Positions 40,071 through 52,343 of a stretch of DNA of 64,000 bases are shown one piece after another. The position numbers and the translations under genes are program-made. Source of the stretch: Nemertoderma westbladi (lineage: Eukaryota > Animalia > Xenacoelomorpha); contig JAUCBJ010006567.1 of assembly GCA_032718475.1 (NCBI GenBank), forward strand, positions 1 to 64,000, written 5' to 3'. Within the stretch, counting starts at the first letter, position 1, and each line of letters opens with the position of its first letter. The notes beneath the pieces are model-generated. The model was not told the origin of the DNA. It made no database searches and saw nothing but the letters and a program-made list of their open reading frames with translations.

Positions 40071-41314
40071 GGTCGGGCCTTAAATATTTATTTATATAAA
40101 TATTTATGATATTTATATAAATTATTTAAGTGGTCGGGACTCACAATTACTTTGCCAATTAACATAATTTAACACACAATCATAATTATATACGTAAACG
40201 CAATGCGTAAAGACTAAACTTACAGAAAACCACCAAGCAATTAGAGAATACGTTTTCAACAATGATACGCACTACTGTAATGTGCTACCCGGTATATATA
40301 ACATTATAGACTAAATGAATACAAAAATCAATAACGTAACACTGTAACACTACACATTGAATGAAGATATATAATATACTCACTGCTTGCTAATTACAAC
40401 GTTTGCATAATGCTCGCACTGCTGAGTGTGTATGAACTTCATTCATATGAGTTTATGGGGTTCTTAAAGAAACAAACTCGGTTCAATATCAACCATATCA
40501 GTACGACTGACTATGTAATACCCGATACAACCAGCAGCAAAATACCCAATTGGGAATTCAATAATTATTAACACAAGTTTTAGCTTACAATTCCTAATGT
40601 TGAGAATTCCTTATTTATTTATTGTATCTTGTAATTTACCGGTGTCTTCCTTATACCACTTTTACGGACAATAGAGAATTTGACCTACGGCTATGCGAAC
40701 AAAAAAGTAATTGCCCAATTATTCTTCACCAATTGCGGATAAAATTTCAGTTGTCCTATGAACGATCTACAAATGAATTTGTTTAGGCATTCATTTATTT
40801 AAAAAATAAGAACCTTGTTGCTATAAAAACTTGTTTATCGAATATTGTGGGATTACGGGAAATATAAAGCAACACCAATTGGAGAGAAAGATGACAGCGA
40901 ATGCAACCGAGAAAAATTGGCTCTATGTTCATAACACAAACATCATTTTACAATTTTATAATGATTCAACTAATGTCCCGTCCGCAACTTTCATAACAAA
41001 TTAGTAAATAAAATACTAAAAAGTTTAGAAACCACCAGTTAGTCAGTGGAACTGCTGAAAGCTGCATATATACTCTTACGTTTCTTTCTGTAACTGCATT
41101 CGTTTCCATTTATATTATTGACTTTTCACATTCTAATTAATGGGTCAATCAGCGATTGTAAAGTATAATACCGACGTTGTTGACATACCAATGTATTGTG
41201 AGGTAGAGCCAACATCTTGTGGCTTGACATTGTTTACAACGTGGTGTTTTATTGTACAATATAGACCTCAATCACTGTGCTTCTTTGAGACTGATAATAA
41301 TGTGGCTGAAGGAT

Positions 41315-42296
41315 TGGGACATCCGTTGCGGACGGGACATCCGTTGCGGACGGGACATCGGCATTTACTTGTCTACCCGGGAATAACGGCCAATATATGT
41401 AAACTTTTTTATTAGAGTTGATTGATGTCTTGCAGAAAAAAAGCCACTTGATACACAGGGCTTACAAGAAACGCCCGTTGCGGATGGGACAGGTTGCTTG
41501 TAATTTCAAACACACGATAGAAATTTGAGTTATTTTTCAATAATACTTGGAAGTGCTTAATTGCTACAATACTGTGTGTCTGTAATAATTGACCAACTTT
41601 TGGCACAATAATAGACGTTACAATACCATTCGTATTTCCCTAAATGAAGAATGTTTCGGATGGGACATTTAGCATGATAATTTTTTGCACAGATAAAGTT
41701 AAAACCAAAGCCTAAAAATAGGTCAATCCTTGAATTTTTCACTTTAAAACGTAAGCTGGACATATACAGTATACCACGTAATATTGAAGAGCTAATCTTT
41801 GAGCATAATGTTCATAAATTATAGTACCGGTACTAACGTAGTTTATTTTTCACAATGTTGTGGATGGGACACATTTTTACTATTTTGACTTCAAAAGGCC
41901 ATGACATATTTTTGCAGAAGCCTTTTTGTGGCTCTTAGGTTGGAATATTATTGTTGAATAAAATGAGCCATTACTCTTATATCGAGACAGGGGGGAAACT
42001 CAACGCAAAACCCGCCGTGGCGAATTAATATCCCGCCTCAATGTTAAATTCTCAATTTAGGGAAAGGAGCAGGTTACAGTGGCACGTTATTTTAACCAAA
42101 ACAATAAACTAAACACAATAGAACAGGTTACAGTTTTATTTTTGAGAATAATCAGCTATAATTTGCTTCGAATTTCCTCTGGAGAGGGATGAATTTTTAT
42201 TGCTACCAGTTTCCGCTATCTGCTTATATCTATGACGGTTAGTATGATAAATAAACGGCCATGAAATAGGCAAATGTCCCGTCCGCAACGCGGTAC
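41315..42296. mobile_element. Degraded DNA transposon with 18-bp subterminal repeats
   Basis: (gggacatccgttgcggac)n at ~41316-41358 with scattered ggatgggaca copies; inverted tgtcccgtccgcaac at ~42276 and ~40975. Confidence 0.5.
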
Positions 42297-42537
42297 AGAT
42301 TTGATGAGAGAGATGAGTTTATACAGAAGTCACGAAAAACTAAACGTGTTTAAAAAATAGTTTGAGATAAAAAGAAAAAAATAACCTGTGGTTTGAACAT
42401 TTGTCTTTGATTGGTTCAATTGGTACATTTTTAGGTCTTGGTTATTTTCGAAAAAAAATCAATAGTAAATTATAAAAAAACTATTGTTTTCGAAAATATA
42501 AAAATGTTACCAAATACTATTGGTTTTTATTACTCAC

Positions 42538-42741
42538 CTGTATAAGTGTGGATGGGGATGGGGTCCCTGCATTAGAGGAGGCATCCCCTGTGGGGGAGGA
42601 CCCCCTGGAGGCATCCCCATAAAGACCAACCCGCCGGGGCCCGGCATGGGTATAGGACCACTCATCTGGGGCCCCATAGGGCCCATCATGGGCCCCCCCG
42701 CTCCATCGCCACCCATAGAGACGTCCGGTAGAGGGGCGAAC
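42538..42741 (-). CDS. LDB: LDB upstream exon (204 nt, Gly/Pro/Met-rich)
   Basis: Acceptor tttctactttAG and donor TACAG|gtgagt. Ends ...PHPHLY+AG (phase 2), which joins the 31810 acceptor in frame to give LYRRPAPF, matching FYRRHTPY of LDB2. Confidence 0.8.
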
Positions 42742-42879
42742 CTAAAGTAGAAATTATATTATTATAGAAACCAGAAAATGACGCTTCATTAAAGAAAATA
42801 AAACTAGAAAGAAATTCAATTTCTGTATATTTTATATTTCAGTTAAAATTATTACATACAACTTTAGTCAGTGAGTAAA

Positions 42880-43059
42880 ACAGTACCGTACTCGCGCAGT
42901 GGGATGCCGCTTGTCACGAAATAAGGTAGGTCTTAGAATATAGGGGCACCATCAATCAACATGGAACTTTTGTTGGCCACAGCAATGACGTCCAGCTGAG
43001 ATTGAACTGGTGACCCCCGGGCTTGAAGTCTGACGCTCTAACCATTCAGCTAGCGGCTC
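42880..43059 (-). mobile_element. tRNA-derived SINE or tRNA pseudogene head
   Basis: Minus strand reads gagccgcTAGCTGAATGGTTAGAGCgtcagacttcaagcccgggggtcaccaGTTCAATCtcagc: A and B boxes present, anticodon and acceptor stems unpaired. Confidence 0.65.
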
Positions 43060-43341
43060 AGGTAAATTTGACTCAAAATACCAATAATAAATTAATCAAC
43101 CTGTCGTGTATGTAGTTCCGAATATTGGAAAGTTAAATACCCCGATAATCCCCGTGAAGAAATGTAATCAAACTTGGTACATATATAGTCTACTGAGAAC
43201 GTTCAGAAAATAAATAGCGTGAGAGAAATATACATTTCTCCAGTCTACACGGCTCGAGCCGACCTGACTCTAGTGCTCGAAATGTATGAAAGTGAAAACC
43301 TTCACCCATTTCCTTTAATATGGGTTTGAAAGCTGAAACTT

Positions 43342-43760
43342 GGGGATATGGTGGTATCCATTGGCATCTAGCTTACCCACCCACGCCCATGGATACGGTG
43401 GTATCACTTGGCATCTAACTTACCCACCCACGCCCATGGATGATACGGTGGTATCCCTTGGCATCGGACCTACCCACCCACACCCATGGATACGGTGGTA
43501 TCCCTTGGCATCGGACCTACCCACCCACACCCATGGATACGGTGGTATCACTTGGCATCTAACTTACCCACCCACGCCCAGCCCACGGATGATACGGTGA
43601 TTTCCCTTGGCATCTGACCTACCCACCCATGGATCTGATGGTATCCCTTAGTATCTAACTGCCACACCCACGGATACGGTGGTATCCCTTAGTATCTAAC
43701 TGCCCCACCCACGAATACGGTGGTATCACTTGGCATCTGACTTACCCACACATGTGGTAT
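43342..43760. repeat. Minisatellite, ~47-bp unit ggatacggtggtatc(a/c)cttggcatctaacttacccacccacgcccat, ~9 copies
   Basis: Directly visible tandem array. Confidence 0.9.
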
Positions 43761-44050
43761 ACTACCAAATATAATATAGATACCACCCATCGTCCGGTGG
43801 TATCTCTAGATGAACTTACCCAAGGTCCGGTGGCATTTCTATGGGACTGGCTGTTGGTTGTTGCGGACCGGTCGGCATGCTGAACCGGTCCACAAACTCT
43901 GTGATTTGCTGCAGTTTGGCGGTTGAAGACAAACACACGAGGAAATAAAGGTGGAACTCCTCCACCTAAACAGCCCGGATCCTAAACGGGGCAACCCAAC
44001 GGATTTATCTGTTTAAAATATAAGATAAATAAGTTTCTTTATTTTTACTT

Positions 44051-44352
44051 AATTTCGTTGTAAAATAGGAGAGATATGGGCTTTCTAAAGTTGCATGGTT
44101 TTACACCTGCGCAAGGGTATTTTATTTGATTTAATAAATATACCATATTCTAGAACATTTTGTTTATCCCATAAGTAGCTTTGGCAACAATGCAATAATT
44201 ATATAATCATCATACTATTCTGTAGCTATTCCTACATAAACAAAGTGTTCCAGAATATGGTGTATTTATTAAATATAATAAAATAGCCTTGCGCAGGCAC
44301 AAAACCATGCAACTTTAGATCGCCCATATCTCAGCTATTTTACAACAAAATT
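44051..44352. mobile_element. ~300-bp palindromic MITE
   Basis: gttgtaaaatag..gagatatgggc..tctaaagttgcatggtttt / aaaaccatgcaactttaga..gcccatatctc..ctattttacaac. Confidence 0.8.
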
Positions 44353-44378
44353 CAGATTGCGATACATATTTCTGTATT

Positions 44379-45407
44379 GGGACATTCCGCACGAAATCAT
44401 CACACTTTTATAGCATTTTTACCTTAGGTGCTCGGATTTTTTTGAAATTTGGTGTAGAGGTAGTACCTATAGAGTAAGTAACTCATGCTAAATTTTAGAT
44501 CTTGAACTGCTTGCAATCACGAGATATGCCACATCAAAGTTTGAGGTTTTCGCCGATTTCCGGTCGGACTGGAAGTATACAAAGAGGCATTATTAATGAA
44601 GATCTCATAATAAACCTGCAACATAAGTATTCATTTGAAAGCTCTTGTCTTGCTCTTTCATAATATCGTGATACTTGTGCTATATTTTCCACATAGCTCT
44701 TTTAATGTAGCTTTAAAGACTTTAAATGCAAAGCGCGAAAAACATGTATACTTCAATTTTGCTCAAACTTGGCTCAAATTATCATTATTATGTTTCTTAA
44801 CACCCATAAAAAAAATGGGATGGCTTTTGCGCCCCTTCGTGACTTACAGGCGTTTTTGTTTTGGTCATTCGACGGTTTTGCGAAACATCGCAATGTTTCG
44901 CAAAACCGTCAAATGACCAAAACAAAAACGCCTGTAAGTCACAAAGGCCATCCCAATTTTTTTATGGGTGTTAAGAGACATAATAAGGATAATTTGAGCC
45001 AAGTTTGAGCAAAATTGAAGTATACATGTTTTTCGCGCTTCGCATTTAAAGTCTTTAAAGCTACATTAAAAGAGCTATGTGGAAAATATAGCACAAGTAT
45101 CACGATATTATGAAAGAGCAAGACAAGAACTTTCAAATGAATACCGGTACTTATGTTGCATGTTTATTATGAGATCTTCATTAATAATGCCTCTTTGTAT
45201 ATATACTTCCAGTCCGACCGCAAATCGGCAGAAACCTCAAACTTTGAGGTGGCATATCTCGTGATTGCAAGCAGTTCAAGATCTAAAATTTGGCATGAGT
45301 TACTTACTCTATAGGCCTAGGTTATCTGGTTATACCTCTCCACCAAATTTCAAGAAAATCTGAGATGGTAAGGATTTTTGCTGTGTTGATCTCATATGGA
45401 ATACCCC
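44379..45407. mobile_element. ~1-kb near-perfect foldback MITE (Sola2-like termini)
   Basis: Palindrome centred at ~44891; the mirror ORFs 44635-44916(+) and 44939-45136(-) are almost identical. Termini GGGACATTCC / GGAATACCCC with 4-bp TSD TATT. Confidence 0.85.
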
Positions 45408-46767
45408 TATTTGGAATACTTGCATGGCCAGCATTCCATCTATATCAACTATTCGCTATAAAGTACTGCTGTACTGTACTCAATAACTGCGGGGTAACTG
45501 CAACTTGTGAACTTTGAACTATCGACTGTCGACGGAGACATCTTTTTCAAACGCTTGTAGCTAAATAATGAAAGCAAAATTAAAAATTCTTCGGGAGGGA
45601 ATTCGGAGGGAGGTGAAATCAACTCTGTTTTAAATTTCATGCAATCTCATTACGAATTGTAGAAAAATGTAGGCAGGTAGGTAGGGGGGAGGGGAGGTAG
45701 GCCTACATGTTTTTCATTTTAGTACTGCGTACTGCTGTACTGGCTGACTGGTCAGCCGCAGCCGGTCTGCCAGTCTGTCGGTAGGCTAATTGCATAATTT
45801 AATGAATACTCCTACAGCCTGACGCTGACAGCCTACACCAGCAGACCAGTACACTAACATATACTGATATCAGGATATAGATAAGGTAGGCCCTACTGCC
45901 CTAGGCCTATGGATACCAGATACCGGTACGGTTAACGATAATAAACTACGCCCTACAGCCTACCCACTACCGGTGCGGTAATCCATAATCAGAGACTTCA
46001 CCAACTTAATAAGCCCATTTACAGATTAAAACCTGTAAAGAGCTCACTTCACTTCACACTTACCTGATTAAATGATAATGTATTTTGCTATATTTTTTAT
46101 AGAAATCCACATGATACGGTATACGATAGCCTATAGGCAGGCCTACTTCTGTACTGTCAGTGTAAGACTGTATCAGGTAGGGCCTATATCAGTACAGTAC
46201 AAACTGCTGAACTGACAAACACCACATAAATCAGTAAATAGGCCTACCTACTGAAACTGAAATAGGTAATTGTGAATTGTTATAACGCAACTACACGAAC
46301 TACCGGTACCTGGTACCCGTACTCGGTACTGCGGTACCGTACCGCTACCGGACCAGCATAACTGCATAATGCTGTAATGCATAACAGCATAACATCAGAT
46401 CAGAACCACAGCCACAGACCTAGAGAAGCAGAACACAGAATACCAACACATGTTTTCGGTTAGGCCCTAAAGCAGTAGGCCTAAAGAAAGACTTTCTTCC
46501 TACAGCAGTACACAGGCTGACAGGTACAGTCTGGTCTGACAGTCCTATTTAAGTATTTCAATTAGGCCTACGCCTACATCAAAGATACAATTAAATCAAC
46601 CCCCTGTCACTGTCAGCCTGTAGTTGATAGTTAAGTACCGGTAATGCGGTAGGCAGGTAGGCCTAGTTCAGTAGTTTCTGTCTGGCCGTTGCAGGAAATT
46701 GCTGAATTGTAAATGCTGAAATGTACCGGTACCATAGAGCAGGTTATCTGGCTACAGTCTGATAGTG

Positions 46768-47705
46768 GGGTAAATCTTTTCGACTACGCGTAGGTCGCAA
46801 CATTGGGTCATATATCACCAGTTTCAGAGTTTTAACATTAACTAGGCATTGGTTCTACGCGTAGCTACGCGTGGACCCTACGCGACCTACGCGTATAGAG
46901 GCTACGTATAACTACGCGTAGGTGCTATATAACTATGCCTATGCGACGTTTATCATTAGTAGGCCTACGTATTCCAAGCGGTTCAGTACTAAAATTAGAC
47001 AATACTGTATGTTCAATAAACAACCCACAACCCTCAAATGCTTTCAACTGTAATTTAACCTATACTTGTATACTCTATATAGAGGGATACGCTAAGACTA
47101 CAGTACATATTCTTCACTTCATGCGTTGCGGGCGCTAAAATGTTTTAATAATGTTTAGTTTTTTAGTTTAGTTTAGTTTACAAAGGAAATAGGCCGATGG
47201 TTCTTATCGATTCTCTATGCTGTTTATTGCCTTTGTTCACGATAGGGCAAGGATATATTTAATATGTTAAACCCTTTAACAAGGGAAGGGGGAGACTAAA
47301 TTGTCTACCATGATTGGTTGCACTTGTTATTTGACCAAACAATTGAATTATTTGCAGTATTTATCAGCTTTCGCTTAACCACTTCACCGGTAGAATGGTA
47401 GCTTACTACTGTAGAATATTTAAATAATCCAATGGAAACAAAGATACTTGAATCATGAGACGTGAATATTAAGTCTACTTTTTATTCATCCTGTGTTTGT
47501 ATGTGAAAGAGCCCAATATTATTTATTACCAGTGCTGTATGTAGTGATATGAGCTTCCGATTCTGTTATTCCATTTGTCTGATAATCAGATACCTGACAT
47601 ACCGATACTTGCCTAACAACTCAACCCTACCGGACAAACTACGCGTAGCTACGTGTAGCTACGCGTAGCTACGTGTAGCTACGCGTAGGTCGAAAATATG
47701 TACCC
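46768..47705. mobile_element. Non-autonomous DNA transposon (Merlin-like or other 8-10 bp TSD superfamily)
   Basis: TIRs GGGTAAATCTTTTCGAC-TACGCGTAG / CTACGCGTAGGTCGAAAATATGTACCC; TSD TGATAGTG; (ctacg(c/t)gtag)n subterminal repeats. Confidence 0.85.
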
Positions 47706-49321
47706 TGATAGTGGTCGTATTAGAGCTATACTGTGTTATGTTATGTTATGTTATTAATATCGCCAGAATAACAATAAAATATTAAATTATGCACATATAC
47801 AGTAGAATGACAATTATGAACATATCTGGCAAAGTACGCTAATAAGCGTGTACTGTATGTACTGTTATAATAAAAATACAAGTAATGGTATACATACACA
47901 ATGAATAACTACAGTAGAATTAGTAAAATAATTAAAATTGTAGTTAATTACTAATTACAGTACTTGCATAAACAGTTGGTGCATGTTAAAATTATTAAGT
48001 AAAAATAATTTAATCATATTAAAATGAAAAAAAAATGATATTAAAAAAAGATATTAAAAAACCGTCAAAGCATACTTGTTTCAAATAAAAATAATTAAAA
48101 GGCGCAAGGGCTTCAACAACATACAGTATATAGGCAAACATTTGGGCTATATATAAGCAAACTTAATGCTCAATAGGACAAAAAGTACTGTAGGTGAGGA
48201 ACATAAATTTATTACGCGTTAAGTGTCGCATAAGTAAAATACTACCGGTGAAATAAAACGTGCAAAGTAACCTTAAAAGATAGTGCAACAATTAATTATA
48301 CATATAATATACAGCGATTATCTACCATCACCATGACCATCTACCATCACAATAACACTAGTCAACTTTCAGACAATCCCCAAGAAGCGGCAAAAGTAAG
48401 AGTTCGAATGCATTTATGGAAGCAATGGTGAAGGAAGAAGAAGCAATGGTTTCCCGAAGTAGCATTTGTCACCCAAACTGAAATGTTGTTTACTGTATAT
48501 GTAGGATGATGTTCGGTTGTACCAGTAGACCGTTGACTATATGTAACCTAAATTCGGTGAAATAACTTTTACATTTGCAATAGTTTGTTTTAGATATATT
48601 TTTGAGACTTGTTTTATTTTTGATAATATATTAATTTACATATTATTACAGAGTCCTTGTCCGGACACAAATAAAAATTGCTGCGACAATATAGTTTGTA
48701 GGCTATACTGGCCGCTGAATATTGTTTTTTTTTGCAACAGCTCTGCAGAACAATACTGGATAGTTATTTTGCTCTTCTTATACTGTACAGAATGCTTGAC
48801 TGCAGCAAAATCCGTTGGAGAGACTTCATACAGTAGTCATATCTGAAAATAAATAAATTGGCATTTTATTTTGTGCATGATATTTCGCAAAGCCGGGCAC
48901 AGTAGGTTAGCTTTGCATGAATGTAAGTTTTAAAAAAGGCTATTAATTTAATTGAAAACAAATATCACCATCGTTATCATTGTTTATGACGTATAATACT
49001 CTATTAATGCTGCCCACGTTTTCAGATAGAAATCCTAAGATTTATTAGGCAGTACGCAGTAGCTTCGAAAACATCGGGTCATCTTGCTCATACAAATTTT
49101 CAAGCACACAGATCGTCAATATTTAGGCCTACTGTACCACCAGGTCCGGTACTGCTAACAGCCATTCCAGCATTCTGTAGAATCTGAGGATGAGACAGGT
49201 CTATCCACTTACAGCACTATCCAGCTATCACCAATTAAATTCCAGAAAGTACTACTGTGTTACCGTCAAGGTGTACCGGTACTAAATAACAGGTCATGCA
49301 GCGAGCGGATTGCTGAAATTA

Positions 49322-50290
49322 GCGGAGGCCGATCGTTTCCCTATTTATGGCACGTTTTTCATAATATTTCCTTAGAAACTTCTATTAGGCTTCTTTGGTT
49401 AGGTGGATATGATGACTAGGATTCATAGAAATTTAATAAACAGTCTCTCTGGAATTTTTATCTTGTAGTTGCCAAGGTACCCGGGTGCAAAGTTCAAACT
49501 TTGCGCGCCTGTATTTCAAGGCGACAATGGATTCTTCCCTTGAGAATTGGTAGGTGAGTAAAGGGAATAAAAGTCTATCAAAATATTTTACATTTGAATT
49601 TGTTTACATTCCCGTTGCCATGGAAATAAGTGGAATATGACATGGAAATAAAATTTTAAAAATTGTCTACTAATTCTATAAAACACAATTTTTATTCGGT
49701 TTGTCAGTCTAAATAATAAGTTAAAATTGCCAACATTTTATTTTATAATTCGTCAATTGTGAATCATATTTCTAAAAGTCAATATTGGCAAATAAACTAA
49801 ACTGTCCAATCAGAGAGCAAGACCTGTAATATAGCATGATTTTGACATTCCAGAATATTAAATTTCGGTTAGCAAATATTAGAAATAAAGGTCAGCCACC
49901 AGGCATGTTTGTTGAAAATTATATAAGTAGTAAATAGTAGCCAATTTCTATCTGGCGGTCATAATGGGAAATTATCGTAATTCCCGTCACCATGGAAACG
50001 GGATTGAAAAATAAATTAAATGTAAAATAATTTGATAGACTTTTATTCCCTTTACTCATATGCCAAATCTCAAGAACAGAATCCCTTGTCGTTTTGAATT
50101 ACAGACGCTCGAAATTTTAACTTTGCAGCCGGTTACCTTGGCAACTACAAGATAAAAATTCCAGAAAGACATTTTATTACATTTCTATGAACCCTAGTCA
50201 TCATATCCACCTAACCAAAGAAGCACAAATGAAGTTTCTAAGGAAATATTATGAAAAAGTGCCATAAATAGGGAAAAGATCGGCCTCCAC
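49322..50290. mobile_element. ~970-bp foldback MITE flanked by TA
   Basis: g(c/t)ggaggccgatc..ttccctatttatggcac arms are inverted over more than 300 bp. Confidence 0.85.
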
Positions 50291-50293
50291 TAA

Positions 50294-52343
50294 GCGCGCG
50301 AGCTGGGGGAAGATCTTCTCTGTGCTGGGGGTAAGAGCGCGTAAGAAAAGGGGGAAGAGGGGGAAAGAAAAGGGGTATGGATCTATAAATAGCATCCAAT
50401 GGGTCGCCTCTATTTTACGACCGTTCTATACTGTAAACATACAGCTAGAGCTACCTTATTGAGAAGTCTACTTAACCGCACCCACCCACCCACCTAAGCA
50501 CGTGTACTTAACCGCACCAACCCACCCACCTAAGCACGTATACTTACCCACACCCACCCACCTACCTAAGCACACCTAGTTAACCGCACCCACCTAAGCA
50601 CATCGACTCAACCGCACCGACCCACCCACCTCAGCACGTCTACTTAACCACACCCACCCACACACCTAAGAACGTCTACTTACCCGCACACACCTAAGCG
50701 CATCGACTTAACCGCACCCACCCACCCACCCACCTAAGCACATCAACTTAACCGCACCCACCCACCCACCTAAGCACGTATACTTACCCGCACCCACCCA
50801 CCTACCTAAGCACACCTAGTTAACCGCACCCACCTAAGCACATCGACTTAACCGCACCCACCCACCCACCCACCTAAGCACGTGTACTTAACCACACCCA
50901 CCCACCCACCTAAGCACGTATACTTACCCGCACCCACCCACCTACCTAAGCACACCTAGTTAACCGCACCCACCTAAGCACATCGACTTAACCGCACCCA
51001 CCCAACCACCTAAGCACGTGTACTTAACCACACCCACCCACCCACCTAAGCACGTATACTTACCCGCACCCACCCACCTACCTAAGCACACATAATTAAC
51101 CGCACCCACCTAAGCACGTCTACTTAACCACACCCACCCACCCACCTAAGCACGTATACTTACCGCACGCACCACCTACCTAAGCACACCTAGTTAACCG
51201 CACCCACCTAAGCACATCGACTTAACCGCACCCACCCACCCACCTAAGCACGTGTACATAACCGCACCCACCCACCCACCTAAGCACGTATACTTACCCG
51301 CACCCACCCACCTACCTAAGCACACCTAGTTAACCGCACCCACTCTCCCTCCTAAGCACGTCTACTTAACCGCACCCACCCACCCACCTAAGCACGTGTA
51401 CTTAACCGCAACCACCCACCCATCTAAGCACACCTACTTAACCGCACCCACCCACCAACCTAAGCACGTCTACTTAACCGCACGTGTACTTAACCGCAAA
51501 CACCCACCCACGCACCTAAGCACATCGACTTAACCGCACCCACCCATCCAACCCACCTACTTAAGCGCACCCACCCACCCTCCTAAGCACGTCTACTTAA
51601 CCGCACCCACCACCAACCTAAGCACGTCTACTTTTTTACAAGAACCGTTTTTTGATAATAGTCTCCTATAAAATAATGCTAAGTATTTACATCCTAGAAC
51701 ATTCGATAACTAATGTAAATTATTGTAATTAATAGGTTGGTTGCTTTTTTTACCATATATTATTAAATAAATGGGAGATAGTTAGTGCAGTTAGTTTAAT
51801 TATAATATCATAAACATCACTGCACAAAAACGCGCTTTACACACAGATCTTTAAAACATTACCTTTATTCGCATGCGAAAATAAGGGTTATGCCAGAGCC
51901 AGCCTAGAGGCCAAGCAAGGTACCGGTAGCCGTAGCAATGCAAGAAGCTAGAAGCTTCCTATTGGGTGCTATTTTTAGATCCTTCCCCCTTTTCTTACCC
52001 CCTCATCCGTGCCACCACTGGTTCAGCCAAACAACCCAGGCAGCTCCGTAGCCCATCATTGTTCCAATTCTTCCGGTAGGCTATCATTACGGCTCTCCTA
52101 ATTTGTTTCAAATTTGTTTCACTGGCATACTTAACATTGTTCCAATTTTTTGAGCTCCGTAGCCCATCATTGTTCCAATTCTCCGGTAGACTATCATTAC
52201 GGCCCTCCTAATTTGTTTCAAATTTGTTTCACTGGCACACATAGCATTGCAGGTAGGACACCATTACGTGGCTCCTAATATGTTTCAATTATGTTCCAAT
52301 TTTGTTTCAACTAACAGAGACATACTAGTGGCAGTACGCGCGC
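50294..52343 (-). mobile_element. Unclassified G-rich-minisatellite element (copy 2, both ends present); minisatellite at ~50468-51632
   Basis: Inverted copy of 14815-17278, bounded by GCGCGCG-AGCTG and CAGTA-CGCGCGC. Confidence 0.85.

Noticed and set aside
42985-43059. tRNA-Sec or opal suppressor tRNA (TCA in the anticodon position)
   Set aside because: Anticodon and acceptor stems do not pair and there is no long variable arm; better explained as a SINE head.
44635-45264. Pair of near-identical genes on opposite strands
   Set aside because: Mirror translations of the two arms of a foldback MITE.
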